A DNA stretch of 64,000 bases from Patescibacteria group bacterium (lineage in GTDB: Bacteria; Patescibacteriota; Minisyncoccia; Minisyncoccales; JAQTPW01): positions 24-64,023 of the forward strand of contig JAZDIT010000044.1 of assembly GCA_043804755.1 (NCBI GenBank), given 5' to 3'. The first letter of the stretch is position 1. Each line of letters starts with the position of its first letter. A model generated the notes under the pieces. It had not been told where the DNA came from. It ran no database searches and saw only the letters and a program-made list of their open reading frames with translations. The position numbers were made by a program, and so were the translations under genes. Of the stretch, positions 48,360 to 57,218 are shown one piece after another.

Positions 48360-48905
48360 ATGCCAAGACAAATTCTTCCACAAGAAAGAAATTGGTACGT
48401 ACTCCACACGTATTCGGGTTATGAAGATGCTGTTGCCAAAAATTTGAAACAGCGTATTGAATCGTTGGGAATGGAAGATAAGATTTTCAACGTCATTGTG
48501 CCAAAGGAAAAAAAGATTAAAATAAAGGACGGAAAGAGAAGAGTGACCGAAGAAAAGGTTTATCCGGGATATGTATTGGTGGAAATGGTAGTTACCGATG
48601 ATTCCTGGTATGTCGTCAGAAATACTCCGAATGTAACCGGATTTGTCGGAGCGGGTACCACTCCTGTACCGGTTTCAAAAGAAGAAATAGACAATCTGAA
48701 AAAGAGAATGGGGGTTGAAGAACCGCAATATAAGATAGAAGTTGAAGTCGGAGATTTGGTAAAAATTGTCGACGGCCCTTTCAAGGATTTCGACGGAAAA
48801 GTTTCCGAAGTCGATGCCGAAAGGGGAAAAGTGAAAGTGTTGGTCAATATGTTCGGTCGAGATACTCCAGTCGAATTGGATTCGTTACAAATTAAGAAAG
48901 TTTAA
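48360..48905 (+). CDS. nusG: Transcription factor NusG
   Basis: WYVLHTYSGYE, YPGYVLV, KOW DGPF, MFGR.TPVEL. Confidence 0.99.
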   Translation: MPRQILPQERNWYVLHTYSGYEDAVAKNLKQRIESLGMEDKIFNVIVPKEKKIKIKDGKRRVTEEKVYPGYVLVEMVVTDDSWYVVRNTPNVTGFVGAGTTPVPVSKEEIDNLKKRMGVEEPQYKIEVEVGDLVKIVDGPFKDFDGKVSEVDAERGKVKVLVNMFGRDTPVELDSLQIKKV

Positions 48906-48917
48906 TTACTAATCACT

Positions 48918-49340
48918 ATGGCTAAAAAGATAAAAGCGGTACTTAAATTGCATATTCCTGCTTCACAAGCTACTCCCGCGCCTCCCGTAGGACCGGCTTT
49001 GGCTCAGCACGGATTAAACATTATGGAATTCTGCCAGAAATTCAATGCCGCTACAAAAGATCTGGTTGGCTTTAAAATTCCCGTTGAAATCATCGTTTAC
49101 GAAAACAGGACATATGATTTTGTTTTGCATCAGCCGCCTGCGTCAGAACTATTGAAAAAAGCTTTAGGAATCGAAAAGGGTTCAGGCGAACCCAATAAGA
49201 CCAAAGTCGCCAAGATCACGAAAGCTCAGCTTCGCGAAATTGCTGAAAAGAAAATGCAGGATCTGAATGCAAACGATATTGAAGCTGCGATGAAGATTAT
49301 CGAAGGAACTGCTAAAAACATGGGAATTACTGTTGAGTAA
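48918..49340 (+). CDS. rplK: 50S ribosomal protein L11
   Basis: [25 protein letters not shown]. Confidence 0.99.
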   Translation: MAKKIKAVLKLHIPASQATPAPPVGPALAQHGLNIMEFCQKFNAATKDLVGFKIPVEIIVYENRTYDFVLHQPPASELLKKALGIEKGSGEPNKTKVAKITKAQLREIAEKKMQDLNANDIEAAMKIIEGTAKNMGITVE

Positions 49341-49354
49341 TTCCTGTTTTTTAT

Positions 49355-49894
49355 ATGGCACAAAGACCATCAAAAGACGAATATTATCTCAATATTTCGA
49401 GACAAATCGGTTTAAGATCAACCTGTTTTAGAAATAAAGGGGGCGCGCTTATTGTTCGCGAAGATCAGATTGTTGCCACCGGTTATATCGGCGCTCCGAG
49501 GAAGACAAAAGACTGTTTGGAAAGAGGTGAATGCTTAAGAGACAGATTAAAAATTCCTCACGGGAAAAGGTACGAGATGTGTCGTTCGGTGCATGCCGAA
49601 ATGAATGCGATAGTCAACGCAGCCAGAGCTGGAGTAAGTCTTCTCGGCGCGGATATTTACATTTCCTTTGAAAATCCTAAAGATGGTACTCCTAGAGACA
49701 GTTTTCCGTGCTTTATATGCAAAAAATTAATCATCAATTGCGGAATAAACAGGGTAGTTTGTTCTACCGCAGAAGATAAAATGATAACCTTTCGGGTGTC
49801 TGATTGGGTTAAAGATTGGCAGGAAAAGGATCTCGTGGACGATGAACATCAATTCGGCACAGATTTAAATCTCAAGGAAGGACTCAAGGAATAA
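49355..49894 (+). CDS. dCMP deaminase (ComEB family)
   Basis: RSTC, TGY.GAP, HAEMNAI, PCFIC zinc motifs. Confidence 0.9.
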   Translation: MAQRPSKDEYYLNISRQIGLRSTCFRNKGGALIVREDQIVATGYIGAPRKTKDCLERGECLRDRLKIPHGKRYEMCRSVHAEMNAIVNAARAGVSLLGADIYISFENPKDGTPRDSFPCFICKKLIINCGINRVVCSTAEDKMITFRVSDWVKDWQEKDLVDDEHQFGTDLNLKEGLKE

Positions 49895-49895
49895 C

Positions 49896-50468
49896 ATGCA
49901 AAATAAAATTGTTTGCGTTGTGGGTATGGCGGGTTCGGGAAAGAGCATAGTGTCTGATGAGCTGGTTAAAACCGGCTTTTTATATTTAAGATTCGGTCAG
50001 ATCACACTTGATAAAATCAAAGAAGATGGACTTGAAGTAAATGAGGTTAATGAAAAAAAAGTGAGGGAGGATTTTAGAAAACAGTTTGGAATGGGGGCTT
50101 TTGCAATTTTGAACATTCCTAAAATTGAAGAATTGCTAAAAAAGACAAATGTGGCAGTTGACGGACTTTACAGCTGGTCGGAATACAGAATCCTAAAGGA
50201 GAAATACGGCGATTCGATGTATGTTGTGGCAGTGTATGCTCCGCCGAAAATGAGGTATGATAGATTAGAAAATCGGAGTGCCGAAAATGACAATAATAAC
50301 CGTTTCCGGCCGTTCACAAGAAAAGAAGCAAAGAATAGAGATTACGCAGAGATCGAAAACATAGAGAAGGGGGGACCGATCGCGATGGCGGATTTCACCA
50401 TAATGAATACCGGTACGACAGATGAACTTAAAAAAGAGATTAATAAATTTTTAACGCTTATTGGATAA
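49896..50468 (+). CDS. P-loop nucleotide kinase (AAA_17/dephospho-CoA-kinase-like)
   Basis: VGMAGSGKS, VDGLYS, IAMADF. Confidence 0.75.
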   Translation: MQNKIVCVVGMAGSGKSIVSDELVKTGFLYLRFGQITLDKIKEDGLEVNEVNEKKVREDFRKQFGMGAFAILNIPKIEELLKKTNVAVDGLYSWSEYRILKEKYGDSMYVVAVYAPPKMRYDRLENRSAENDNNNRFRPFTRKEAKNRDYAEIENIEKGGPIAMADFTIMNTGTTDELKKEINKFLTLIG

Positions 50469-50473
50469 ACACC

Positions 50474-51106
50474 ATGCAAAAAAACACATATCCCGGGAAA
50501 TTCATAGTTTTTGAAGGTTTGGACGGTTCGGGGCAGAGCACGCAGGCAGGAAAATTAGTTGATTTTTTGAACGAACCGAAACAAAAATTAAAATTCGGGC
50601 ATACCGGTGCTCATCTTACAAAAGAGCCTACTTCATACTTGATAGGAGGTCTCCTCAGAAGCCAATTGAGTGGAGATTGGAAATCTTCGCAGGAATGTCT
50701 CCAATTGCTTTTTTCAGCCGATAGAGCACATCATTTGGAGAAAGAAATTATTCCCTTGCTTGAAAGAGGAGTAACTGTTGTTTGCGATCGTTATTTTTTT
50801 TCAACAATGGCTTACGGTTCTTTGGATATAAAAGATAAAAAATGGTTGGTAGATTTGAATAGAAATTTTCTGTATCCCGATATAACTTTTTTATTAAAAG
50901 TTTCTCCGAAAGTCTGTATAGAAAGAATTAATAAAACTCGTTACGGAGTAACTTTATTTGAGAAAGAGCAATCATTAGCGAAGGTATGGCAGAATTTTAT
51001 TGTTCTACCAAAGAAATTCAAAAACATCCATGTTATTAATGGAGAAAAATCAGTTGACAAAGTTTTTGAAGACATACGGAAGATTATAAATGGGAAATTA
51101 GTATAA
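50474..51106 (+). CDS. tmk: Thymidylate kinase
   Basis: FIVFEGLDGSGQST, KEPT, ADRAHH, CDRY. Confidence 0.93.
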   Translation: MQKNTYPGKFIVFEGLDGSGQSTQAGKLVDFLNEPKQKLKFGHTGAHLTKEPTSYLIGGLLRSQLSGDWKSSQECLQLLFSADRAHHLEKEIIPLLERGVTVVCDRYFFSTMAYGSLDIKDKKWLVDLNRNFLYPDITFLLKVSPKVCIERINKTRYGVTLFEKEQSLAKVWQNFIVLPKKFKNIHVINGEKSVDKVFEDIRKIINGKLV

Positions 51107-52401
51107 TGGCGAAAATCTTCGTTTACGATGAATTTGCACCCGAGGACATTGCGATGATGCAGGCTCTTTATTCGAGGAGCCCAAAAAGCGTTACAGAGCA
51201 TGTTGAACAGGTAAAACAGACTGGCTCGGGCAAGTTCATGGAACGGTTTTATGTCGGTTACGGACATGCGAGCATTGCCGATTGCGGAAGTACCACCATT
51301 TTTATCGAAGGAATCAGCATTTTGGGGGATAAAGCAATCCAGGATTGGCCTTTTTACAGCGGACAGGAAACAAGCACCCGGTATGTTGATATGGCCAAAA
51401 GACCGATTGTCGATCCGATAGGCACGGGAGCATCGAAAAAGATACTCGATAAATGGATGGCATTCTACGCGGAAAATCTGCCCTTGATGGAAAGATTTTT
51501 AACAGGAAAGTACCCCAAAAAAGAATCCGACGATGAAAATGTTTACAAAAAAGCAATCAAAGCAAGAGCATTTGACATTTTGAGGGCATTTTTGCCAGCA
51601 GGAATCACAACACAACTTAGCTGGCACACAAATCTGAGGCAGGCTTGGGACAAGCTTTCCATTTTAAGGTATCACCCGTTAGATGAGGTCAGAACGACTG
51701 CAGAAAGCATCCTTGCAAAATTAAAAGAAAAGTATCCGCATAGTTTCAGCCATCGTCCGACGGAAGAGCAGGAGAGTTACAGGGAATATGCCGGCAAGAA
51801 TTACTTTTTATTCAATCCGCCGAAAGAAGAGGTGGTTGAATTTTCTTTAAAAACAGACATTAAGAAGGAAGAGTTGGAGAAATATAAGGATATAACAGAG
51901 AACAGACCCCCAAGGACGGGTCTCCCCATCTTCCTTTTCGAGTTGGGAATCTTGACCTTTGATCTTATTTTAGATTACGGCTCTTTCAGAGATTTGCACA
52001 GACACAGAAATGGGATTTGTCGGGTTCCGCTTTTGAGAACGGATATAGGGTTCAATCCCTGGTATCTGGAAGAATTGCCGGCCGATATAAAAGAAAAAGC
52101 TCTAAAACTTATAGAAGAACAGAAAGAGACAATCACGAAATTAAATGCGCCTCCGGAGATTTTGCAATATTATATCGCTCTCGGGTTCAATGTGCCATGC
52201 CACATTACTTACGGTTTGCCCGCGACCGTTTATGTCGTAGAATTGAGATGCGGGAAAATGGTACACCCGACTTTGAGAAAAATTGCGTTCAAGATGAGAG
52301 AGGCCTTGCTTGATAGATTTCCGAATCTTAAAATGAATTGCGACCTGGAACCCAGCGAATGGGACGTTTCAAGGGGTCTTCAGGATATAATAAAGAAATA
52401 A
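51106..52401 (+). CDS. thyX: FAD-dependent thymidylate synthase, two-domain form
   Basis: GHASIAD, ETSTRY, RAFLP, NLR, RDLHRHR; context with tmk. Confidence 0.82.
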   Translation: MAKIFVYDEFAPEDIAMMQALYSRSPKSVTEHVEQVKQTGSGKFMERFYVGYGHASIADCGSTTIFIEGISILGDKAIQDWPFYSGQETSTRYVDMAKRPIVDPIGTGASKKILDKWMAFYAENLPLMERFLTGKYPKKESDDENVYKKAIKARAFDILRAFLPAGITTQLSWHTNLRQAWDKLSILRYHPLDEVRTTAESILAKLKEKYPHSFSHRPTEEQESYREYAGKNYFLFNPPKEEVVEFSLKTDIKKEELEKYKDITENRPPRTGLPIFLFELGILTFDLILDYGSFRDLHRHRNGICRVPLLRTDIGFNPWYLEELPADIKEKALKLIEEQKETITKLNAPPEILQYYIALGFNVPCHITYGLPATVYVVELRCGKMVHPTLRKIAFKMREALLDRFPNLKMNCDLEPSEWDVSRGLQDIIKK

Positions 52402-52403
52402 AT

Positions 52404-53096
52404 ATGGAAATTTCAAAATTAATCGACCAGACATTTTTAAAAGCTGATGCGACAGATGAAGAGATAAAAAAGGTTTGCGAAGAGACGGCGAAATACGGAT
52501 TCCGCGGGCTTTGTGTTTTACCCCAGCACACGAAATTGGCCAAAGAGTTGCTGAGGAATTCCGGAGTCAAAGTCACGACTCTGATTGATGAGCCGACTGG
52601 TGCGAGTTTGCATGAAAGAAGAATAGAAATGGTAAGAAAGGCGAAAGAGGACGGTTCCGATGAAGTTGATGTTGTTATGAAGATCGACATTTTCAAAAAC
52701 GGAAAATACGGTGAGGTTTTGGCCGATCTCAAGGAAATTACACCGATTCTTCCCACGAAAGTGATCATTGGTTCCGGTTATCTTACCGACGAAGAGATTA
52801 AGAAAGCATCTGAAACAGTAAAGGAATCCGGAGCAATTTGCGTAAAGACCGCTACCGTGAATGATCCTTTGGATCATTCGGAATTGGATGAAAAGACGAA
52901 ACATGTGAGAATAATGCGGGAATCAGCACCAGGATTATTGATAAAAGCGGCAGGTTCAATAAGAACTTTAGCTGATTTAAAACAGATATTTGAAGCCGGA
53001 GCTGATATCATCGGAACCAGTTCCGGTGTTGAAATCGTAAATGAAGCAACCGGTGCCGGGATAACAACTGACGAGGAGTGGAGGAAAATAGAGTAG
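52404..53096 (+). CDS. deoC: Deoxyribose-phosphate aldolase
   Basis: IDQTFLK, DEVDVV, KVII, VKTAT, IKAAGSIRT, IGTSSG. Confidence 0.88.
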   Translation: MEISKLIDQTFLKADATDEEIKKVCEETAKYGFRGLCVLPQHTKLAKELLRNSGVKVTTLIDEPTGASLHERRIEMVRKAKEDGSDEVDVVMKIDIFKNGKYGEVLADLKEITPILPTKVIIGSGYLTDEEIKKASETVKESGAICVKTATVNDPLDHSELDEKTKHVRIMRESAPGLLIKAAGSIRTLADLKQIFEAGADIIGTSSGVEIVNEATGAGITTDEEWRKIE

Positions 53097-53225
53097 GGCG
53101 CTCAGGTAATGTTTTCCAAGGATATACAATAATTTTCCCAGCGTGAAAATTTTGTTCATTTCTCGGCTCGCTGTTTGTAACCATGCCAGCTCGCCTGCGA
53201 AGTGCTCCTTGCAAAGCATTGCCCT
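53095..53225. other. Multi-stem structured intergenic element (ncRNA or MITE-like)
   Basis: AGGGC/GCCCT and AATGTTTTCCAAGGA/TCCTTGCAAAGCATT outer stems, two inner hairpins. Confidence 0.5.
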
Positions 53226-53254
53226 CGCTTTGGGAGAAAAATAAAATAAATAAA

Positions 53255-54703
53255 ATGCCTTATAAACCAACAATCGGGCTGGAAATTCACATAGAGCTGA
53301 ATACCAAAACGAAGATGTTCTGCGGTTCTTTGAACAACCCGGAAGAAAGACGTCCCAACGTCAATGTTTGCCCCGTCTGTATGGGCCATCCGGGAACTTT
53401 GCCCGTCATAAACGAAGAAGCGGTCAAAAAGACAATCAAAACTGGCCTTGCTCTAAACTGCCAAATTCCCGAATATTCCAAGTTTGACAGGAAAAATTAT
53501 TTTTATCCCGACCTGCCGAAGGGCTATCAGATTTCACAGTACGATATGCCTCTTTGCAAGGAAGGATATCTGGAAATTACCGGAAGAAAAATCAGAATAA
53601 CGCGCGTTCATCTGGAAGAAGATACCGGAAGGTTGATACATCCCGAGGGAGCCGGTTATTCCCTGGTTGATTTTAACAGGGCAGGAATTCCGTTGATGGA
53701 ACTTGTAACCGAGCCGGATATCGGTTCTGGCCAGGAAGCCAAAGATTTCGCCGAAGAACTACATCGAATTTTACATTACCTTGAAGTTTCCGATGCTGAT
53801 ATGGAAAAAGGCGAAATGCGAGTAGAAGTAAACATTTCTCTTTCAAAAAATGAGAAACTGGGGACAAAAGTTGAAATCAAAAACTTGAATTCATTCCGTT
53901 CAGTTGAGAGGGGAATTGATTTTGAAACCAAAAGGCAAGCCGAATTGCTAGAGAAGGGAGAAAAAATCATTCAGGAAACCCGGGGTTGGGATGACGTAAA
54001 GGGAATCACTTACAGCCAGCGGGAAAAAGAAGAAGCCCACGATTACAGATATTTTCCCGAACCGGATCTCCCTCCGCTTCATTTTGTTCCAGAATACATT
54101 ACAAAAATACGTGCCGAAGTTTCGGAATTGCCTCAGCAAAAACGGGCAAGATTCAAAAGGGAATTTGAATTGGATGAGAAAACGATTGAAATTTTTGTCC
54201 AAAATAAACACCTTGGAGAGTATTTCGAAAAAGTCATCAGTGAGTTTGGACCCAACCTCTCGCACGAGAAAATTATGGATCTCATAAAGCTTGCGTCAAA
54301 TTACCTGATTTCCGACCTGCTCGGATTGCTGAAAGGAGAGCCAATATCCGGGAATTTCCCGATAACTCCTGAAAACTTCGCACAGTTTATAGGTCTTATT
54401 TGCGATGAAAAAATATCCAGTAAACTGGCAAAGCAAATCTTGCCTGAAATGTTTACAACAGGTGCCGATCCCAACCATATTATAGAAGAAAAAGGGTTGG
54501 AACAGATAACCGATAAATTGGAGATTGAAAACATAATAAGAGAGATAATCGCAAAAAATCCCAAAGTTGTTGAGGACTACAAAAGAGGAAAAGAAAACTC
54601 TGTGCAGTTTCTTATAGGTCAGATAATGGCCCAAACGAATGGTAAAGCCAATCCCCAAATAGCCAGGGGAACATTGCTGGAAGAATTGACAAAACTGAAA
54701 TAA
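53255..54703 (+). CDS. gatB: Asp/Glu-tRNA amidotransferase subunit B
   Basis: IGLEIH, RKNYFYPDLPKGYQISQ, HLEEDTG, YRYFPEPD. Confidence 0.98.
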   Translation: MPYKPTIGLEIHIELNTKTKMFCGSLNNPEERRPNVNVCPVCMGHPGTLPVINEEAVKKTIKTGLALNCQIPEYSKFDRKNYFYPDLPKGYQISQYDMPLCKEGYLEITGRKIRITRVHLEEDTGRLIHPEGAGYSLVDFNRAGIPLMELVTEPDIGSGQEAKDFAEELHRILHYLEVSDADMEKGEMRVEVNISLSKNEKLGTKVEIKNLNSFRSVERGIDFETKRQAELLEKGEKIIQETRGWDDVKGITYSQREKEEAHDYRYFPEPDLPPLHFVPEYITKIRAEVSELPQQKRARFKREFELDEKTIEIFVQNKHLGEYFEKVISEFGPNLSHEKIMDLIKLASNYLISDLLGLLKGEPISGNFPITPENFAQFIGLICDEKISSKLAKQILPEMFTTGADPNHIIEEKGLEQITDKLEIENIIREIIAKNPKVVEDYKRGKENSVQFLIGQIMAQTNGKANPQIARGTLLEELTKLK

Positions 54704-54714
54704 TCTCGTATAAT
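54686..54714 (+). promoter_or_regulatory. Consensus sigma70 promoter
   Basis: TTGACA-17 nt-TATAAT. Confidence 0.8.
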
Positions 54715-54752
54715 ATTAAACTATAACGTTCATTCATAAGGAGGCGGGGAAA

Positions 54753-55184
54753 ATGGTTACGAGAGGATTTTTCGGCTCGCATTTGTGTCGTCTCGCTGGA
54801 AACAGATTGCCGCTTCCGAGTAAATATCGTTCAGCATTCGGAGGGAAAGCGTTTATCGGGTTGAGCCCTGATAAATGTTTGGTTCTGTTTCCTGACTTTC
54901 CCGGAAAATTTCCGGGGACGATTACAGTGCAGGAAATTTCTGTGTGTAGCGGCAGTTTGATTACTCTGTCAAGGATCACAACTGCCAAAGAGGTGGTAGT
55001 TGCAGGTTGCGGGGATTATCTTGAGATCTGGGACAGTTTTAAAAGGTGGGAAAAAGAAAAAAAGAAAGCACAGAGGTTTTTGTTTAAATTGTTGAAGACA
55101 AAGGAGGATAGCGCATGGATGTTATTCTTGAGGAACTTCGCAAGAAATTTCCTCCGTTTAATAGCAATTGGTCTGGGGAAATAA
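54753..55184 (+). CDS. MraZ-like (AbrB-fold) protein, divergent
   Basis: F.G.H...NRL.LPSKYR and VVVAGCGDYLEIWD resemble MraZ ends; AAGGAGG SD. Confidence 0.6.
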   Translation: MVTRGFFGSHLCRLAGNRLPLPSKYRSAFGGKAFIGLSPDKCLVLFPDFPGKFPGTITVQEISVCSGSLITLSRITTAKEVVVAGCGDYLEIWDSFKRWEKEKKKAQRFLFKLLKTKEDSAWMLFLRNFARNFLRLIAIGLGK

Positions 55185-55241
55185 AAAGGCGATGGCGGGA
55201 GTCGCGTAAACTTCTGAATTCTCGCCTTCGGGCAAGCAAAA

Positions 55242-55270
55242 AGCGCGGATAGTCGATGACTGTCCGCGCT
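55242..55270. terminator. Terminator hairpin between convergent mraZ-like and miaA
   Basis: AGCGCGGATAGTC-GAT-GACTGTCCGCGCT preceded by A-run. Confidence 0.75.
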
Positions 55271-55271
55271 A

Positions 55272-56174
55272 TTAATTTAGAAAAGGCTTAATCAGTTTCT
55301 CTGTTTCTATGTAGTTTTTTATCCAGTGTATGCGTTTGTCTCTTTTGAACCATGTCATCTGGCGTTTTGAGAAATGTCTAATTTTCTTTTGAAGGAGTTC
55401 AACCATTTCCTTATAACTTATTTTTTTCTGCAGATATAGGGCGATATATCGGTATTCCAAGCCAAATTCTTCCAATCTTTTCCAGGAAATTCCCGATTTG
55501 CGGAGTTTTTTTATTTCCGAAACCATTCCCGACTTCAATCTTCTTAGAAGGCGTTTGCGGATTAATTTTTTAAGTTCATCAGGTTCTTTTTTAACGCCAA
55601 TCAATAAAACGGGATAGGGGAGCGGTTTTCCTTTTAAAACAGGTATAGGTTTTTTAGTTTTTCTGACTATTTCAATCGCCCTTATCAGTCTTCGTGGATT
55701 ATTTTTATCAATGTTTCTTGCCCTTTTTGGGTCTAGTTCTTTCAAAATATCGTAAAGTTCTTTTACCGATTTTTTTTCAAGTTTTTTTCTTAGTTCCCAG
55801 TCAGGAATAACTTCAGGAATTATCGTTCCGTCTATCAGCGACTGTATATAGAATCCGGTTCCGCCGCAGATAATCGGAATTTTTTTCTTGGTGAAAATTT
55901 TATTCAGAGCTTTTTCCGCCAATTCCCTGTATTCCGTAACGGTGAATCTTTTTTTGGGACTGGAAACATCCAAAAGATAATGGGGAATATTCCGCATTTC
56001 TTTTTTAGTCACCTTGCCAGTCCCGATATCCATTCCTCTGTAAACCTGTCTGGAATCGGCCGAAATCACTTCTCCATCGAATTTTTTCGCAAGTTTTACG
56101 GCTAGGTCGGATTTGCCCGAAGCAGTGGGGCCCAAAACAACAATTATTTTTCTATTTATTTTTGGTTTTTTCAT
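55272..56174 (-). CDS. miaA: tRNA dimethylallyltransferase
   Basis: GPTASGKS, SADSRQVY.GMDIGT, GGTGFY, KRQMTWF. Confidence 0.97.
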   Translation of the reverse strand: MKKPKINRKIIVVLGPTASGKSDLAVKLAKKFDGEVISADSRQVYRGMDIGTGKVTKKEMRNIPHYLLDVSSPKKRFTVTEYRELAEKALNKIFTKKKIPIICGGTGFYIQSLIDGTIIPEVIPDWELRKKLEKKSVKELYDILKELDPKRARNIDKNNPRRLIRAIEIVRKTKKPIPVLKGKPLPYPVLLIGVKKEPDELKKLIRKRLLRRLKSGMVSEIKKLRKSGISWKRLEEFGLEYRYIALYLQKKISYKEMVELLQKKIRHFSKRQMTWFKRDKRIHWIKNYIETEKLIKPFLN

Positions 56175-57162
56175 TTATCAATTTGTTTAGGATTTTCCAC
56201 CTCCTTATTTTTTCCATTGAAGAGATGTTATCTTTCATTTTCGAAACCGCGGTTTCCGGACGCGGAGAGTATTTATTCACAAACGCAATGTCAAACTTCA
56301 AATCTTTCGCGAACTTTCTTGTATTCTCGAATTGCAGCCGTGTTTCACCCGGAAATCCGACGATGAAATCGGTGGCCAGATTAACATCCGGGATTTTTTT
56401 CCTTATTTTTTCGATTAGTTTTTTATATTCCCTTGCAGTATAAGTGCGGTTCATCAATTTTAAAATTTTATCGTCTCCCGACTGTACTGGAATGTACAGA
56501 TATTTTGATATTTTTTTATTTCCGGCAATCGTGTTGATAAGCTTATCCGAAAAATCTTTCGGGTTAGAAGACAGAAAATGAATTGAGAAGTCTCCGGTAA
56601 TATCGCTTACTTTCTTGAGCAGTTTTGCGAAATTAATGTTTCCCGCTTTATAATCATTAACATTCTGTCCGAGAAGACATATCTCTTTGTAGCCATTTTT
56701 AACCGCTCGTTTTGCTTCCCTGATGATTTCTTCTGAAGGACGGCAGGACAGACTGCCTCTTGTTTGCGGAACGACGCAATATGTGCAGGAATTTTTGCAT
56801 CCGTAGGAAATCGGGATCAAAGCTCTTTTATCGTTCCTGCAAGGAGAAGTGTCGGAATACTTTTTATTGTCGATAAAGAGATCAAATTTATCTTTAAGTT
56901 TTTTCAGGTCTTGTTTTAAAACACAGCCAGCCAGCGCTATTTTGAGTTTTGGATTTTTATCTTTAAGTTCTTGAAAGTTTTTGACAACGCCATAAATCCT
57001 GTCTACGGCAGATTGCCTTACCGAGCACATATTTACCACCAAAAAATCCGCTTCGATGATATCCAGGGCGGGTTTATATTTTTTTCTTTCCAAATCCGCC
57101 GCGATTCTCTCCGAGTCCGATTTATTCATCTGACAGCCGTAGGTAAGGATAAAGTATTTCAT
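56152..57162 (-). CDS. miaB: tRNA methylthiotransferase MiaB (no TRAM domain)
   Basis: GCQMN, NMCSVR, CKNSCTYC radical SAM motif, IVGFPGET, YSPRP; ends at 336 aa. Confidence 0.88.
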   Translation of the reverse strand: MKYFILTYGCQMNKSDSERIAADLERKKYKPALDIIEADFLVVNMCSVRQSAVDRIYGVVKNFQELKDKNPKLKIALAGCVLKQDLKKLKDKFDLFIDNKKYSDTSPCRNDKRALIPISYGCKNSCTYCVVPQTRGSLSCRPSEEIIREAKRAVKNGYKEICLLGQNVNDYKAGNINFAKLLKKVSDITGDFSIHFLSSNPKDFSDKLINTIAGNKKISKYLYIPVQSGDDKILKLMNRTYTAREYKKLIEKIRKKIPDVNLATDFIVGFPGETRLQFENTRKFAKDLKFDIAFVNKYSPRPETAVSKMKDNISSMEKIRRWKILNKLINEKTKNK

Positions 57163-57181
57163 CTTTTACATATTAAAATAG

Positions 57182-57206
57182 AAAAACAGCTCCTTTGGGC
57201 TGTTTT
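57182..57206 (-). terminator. Terminator after 57219-58814 gene
   Basis: AAAAACAGCTC-CTTT-GGGCTGTTTT. Confidence 0.7.
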
Positions 57207-57218
57207 CCTTATTTTCAA

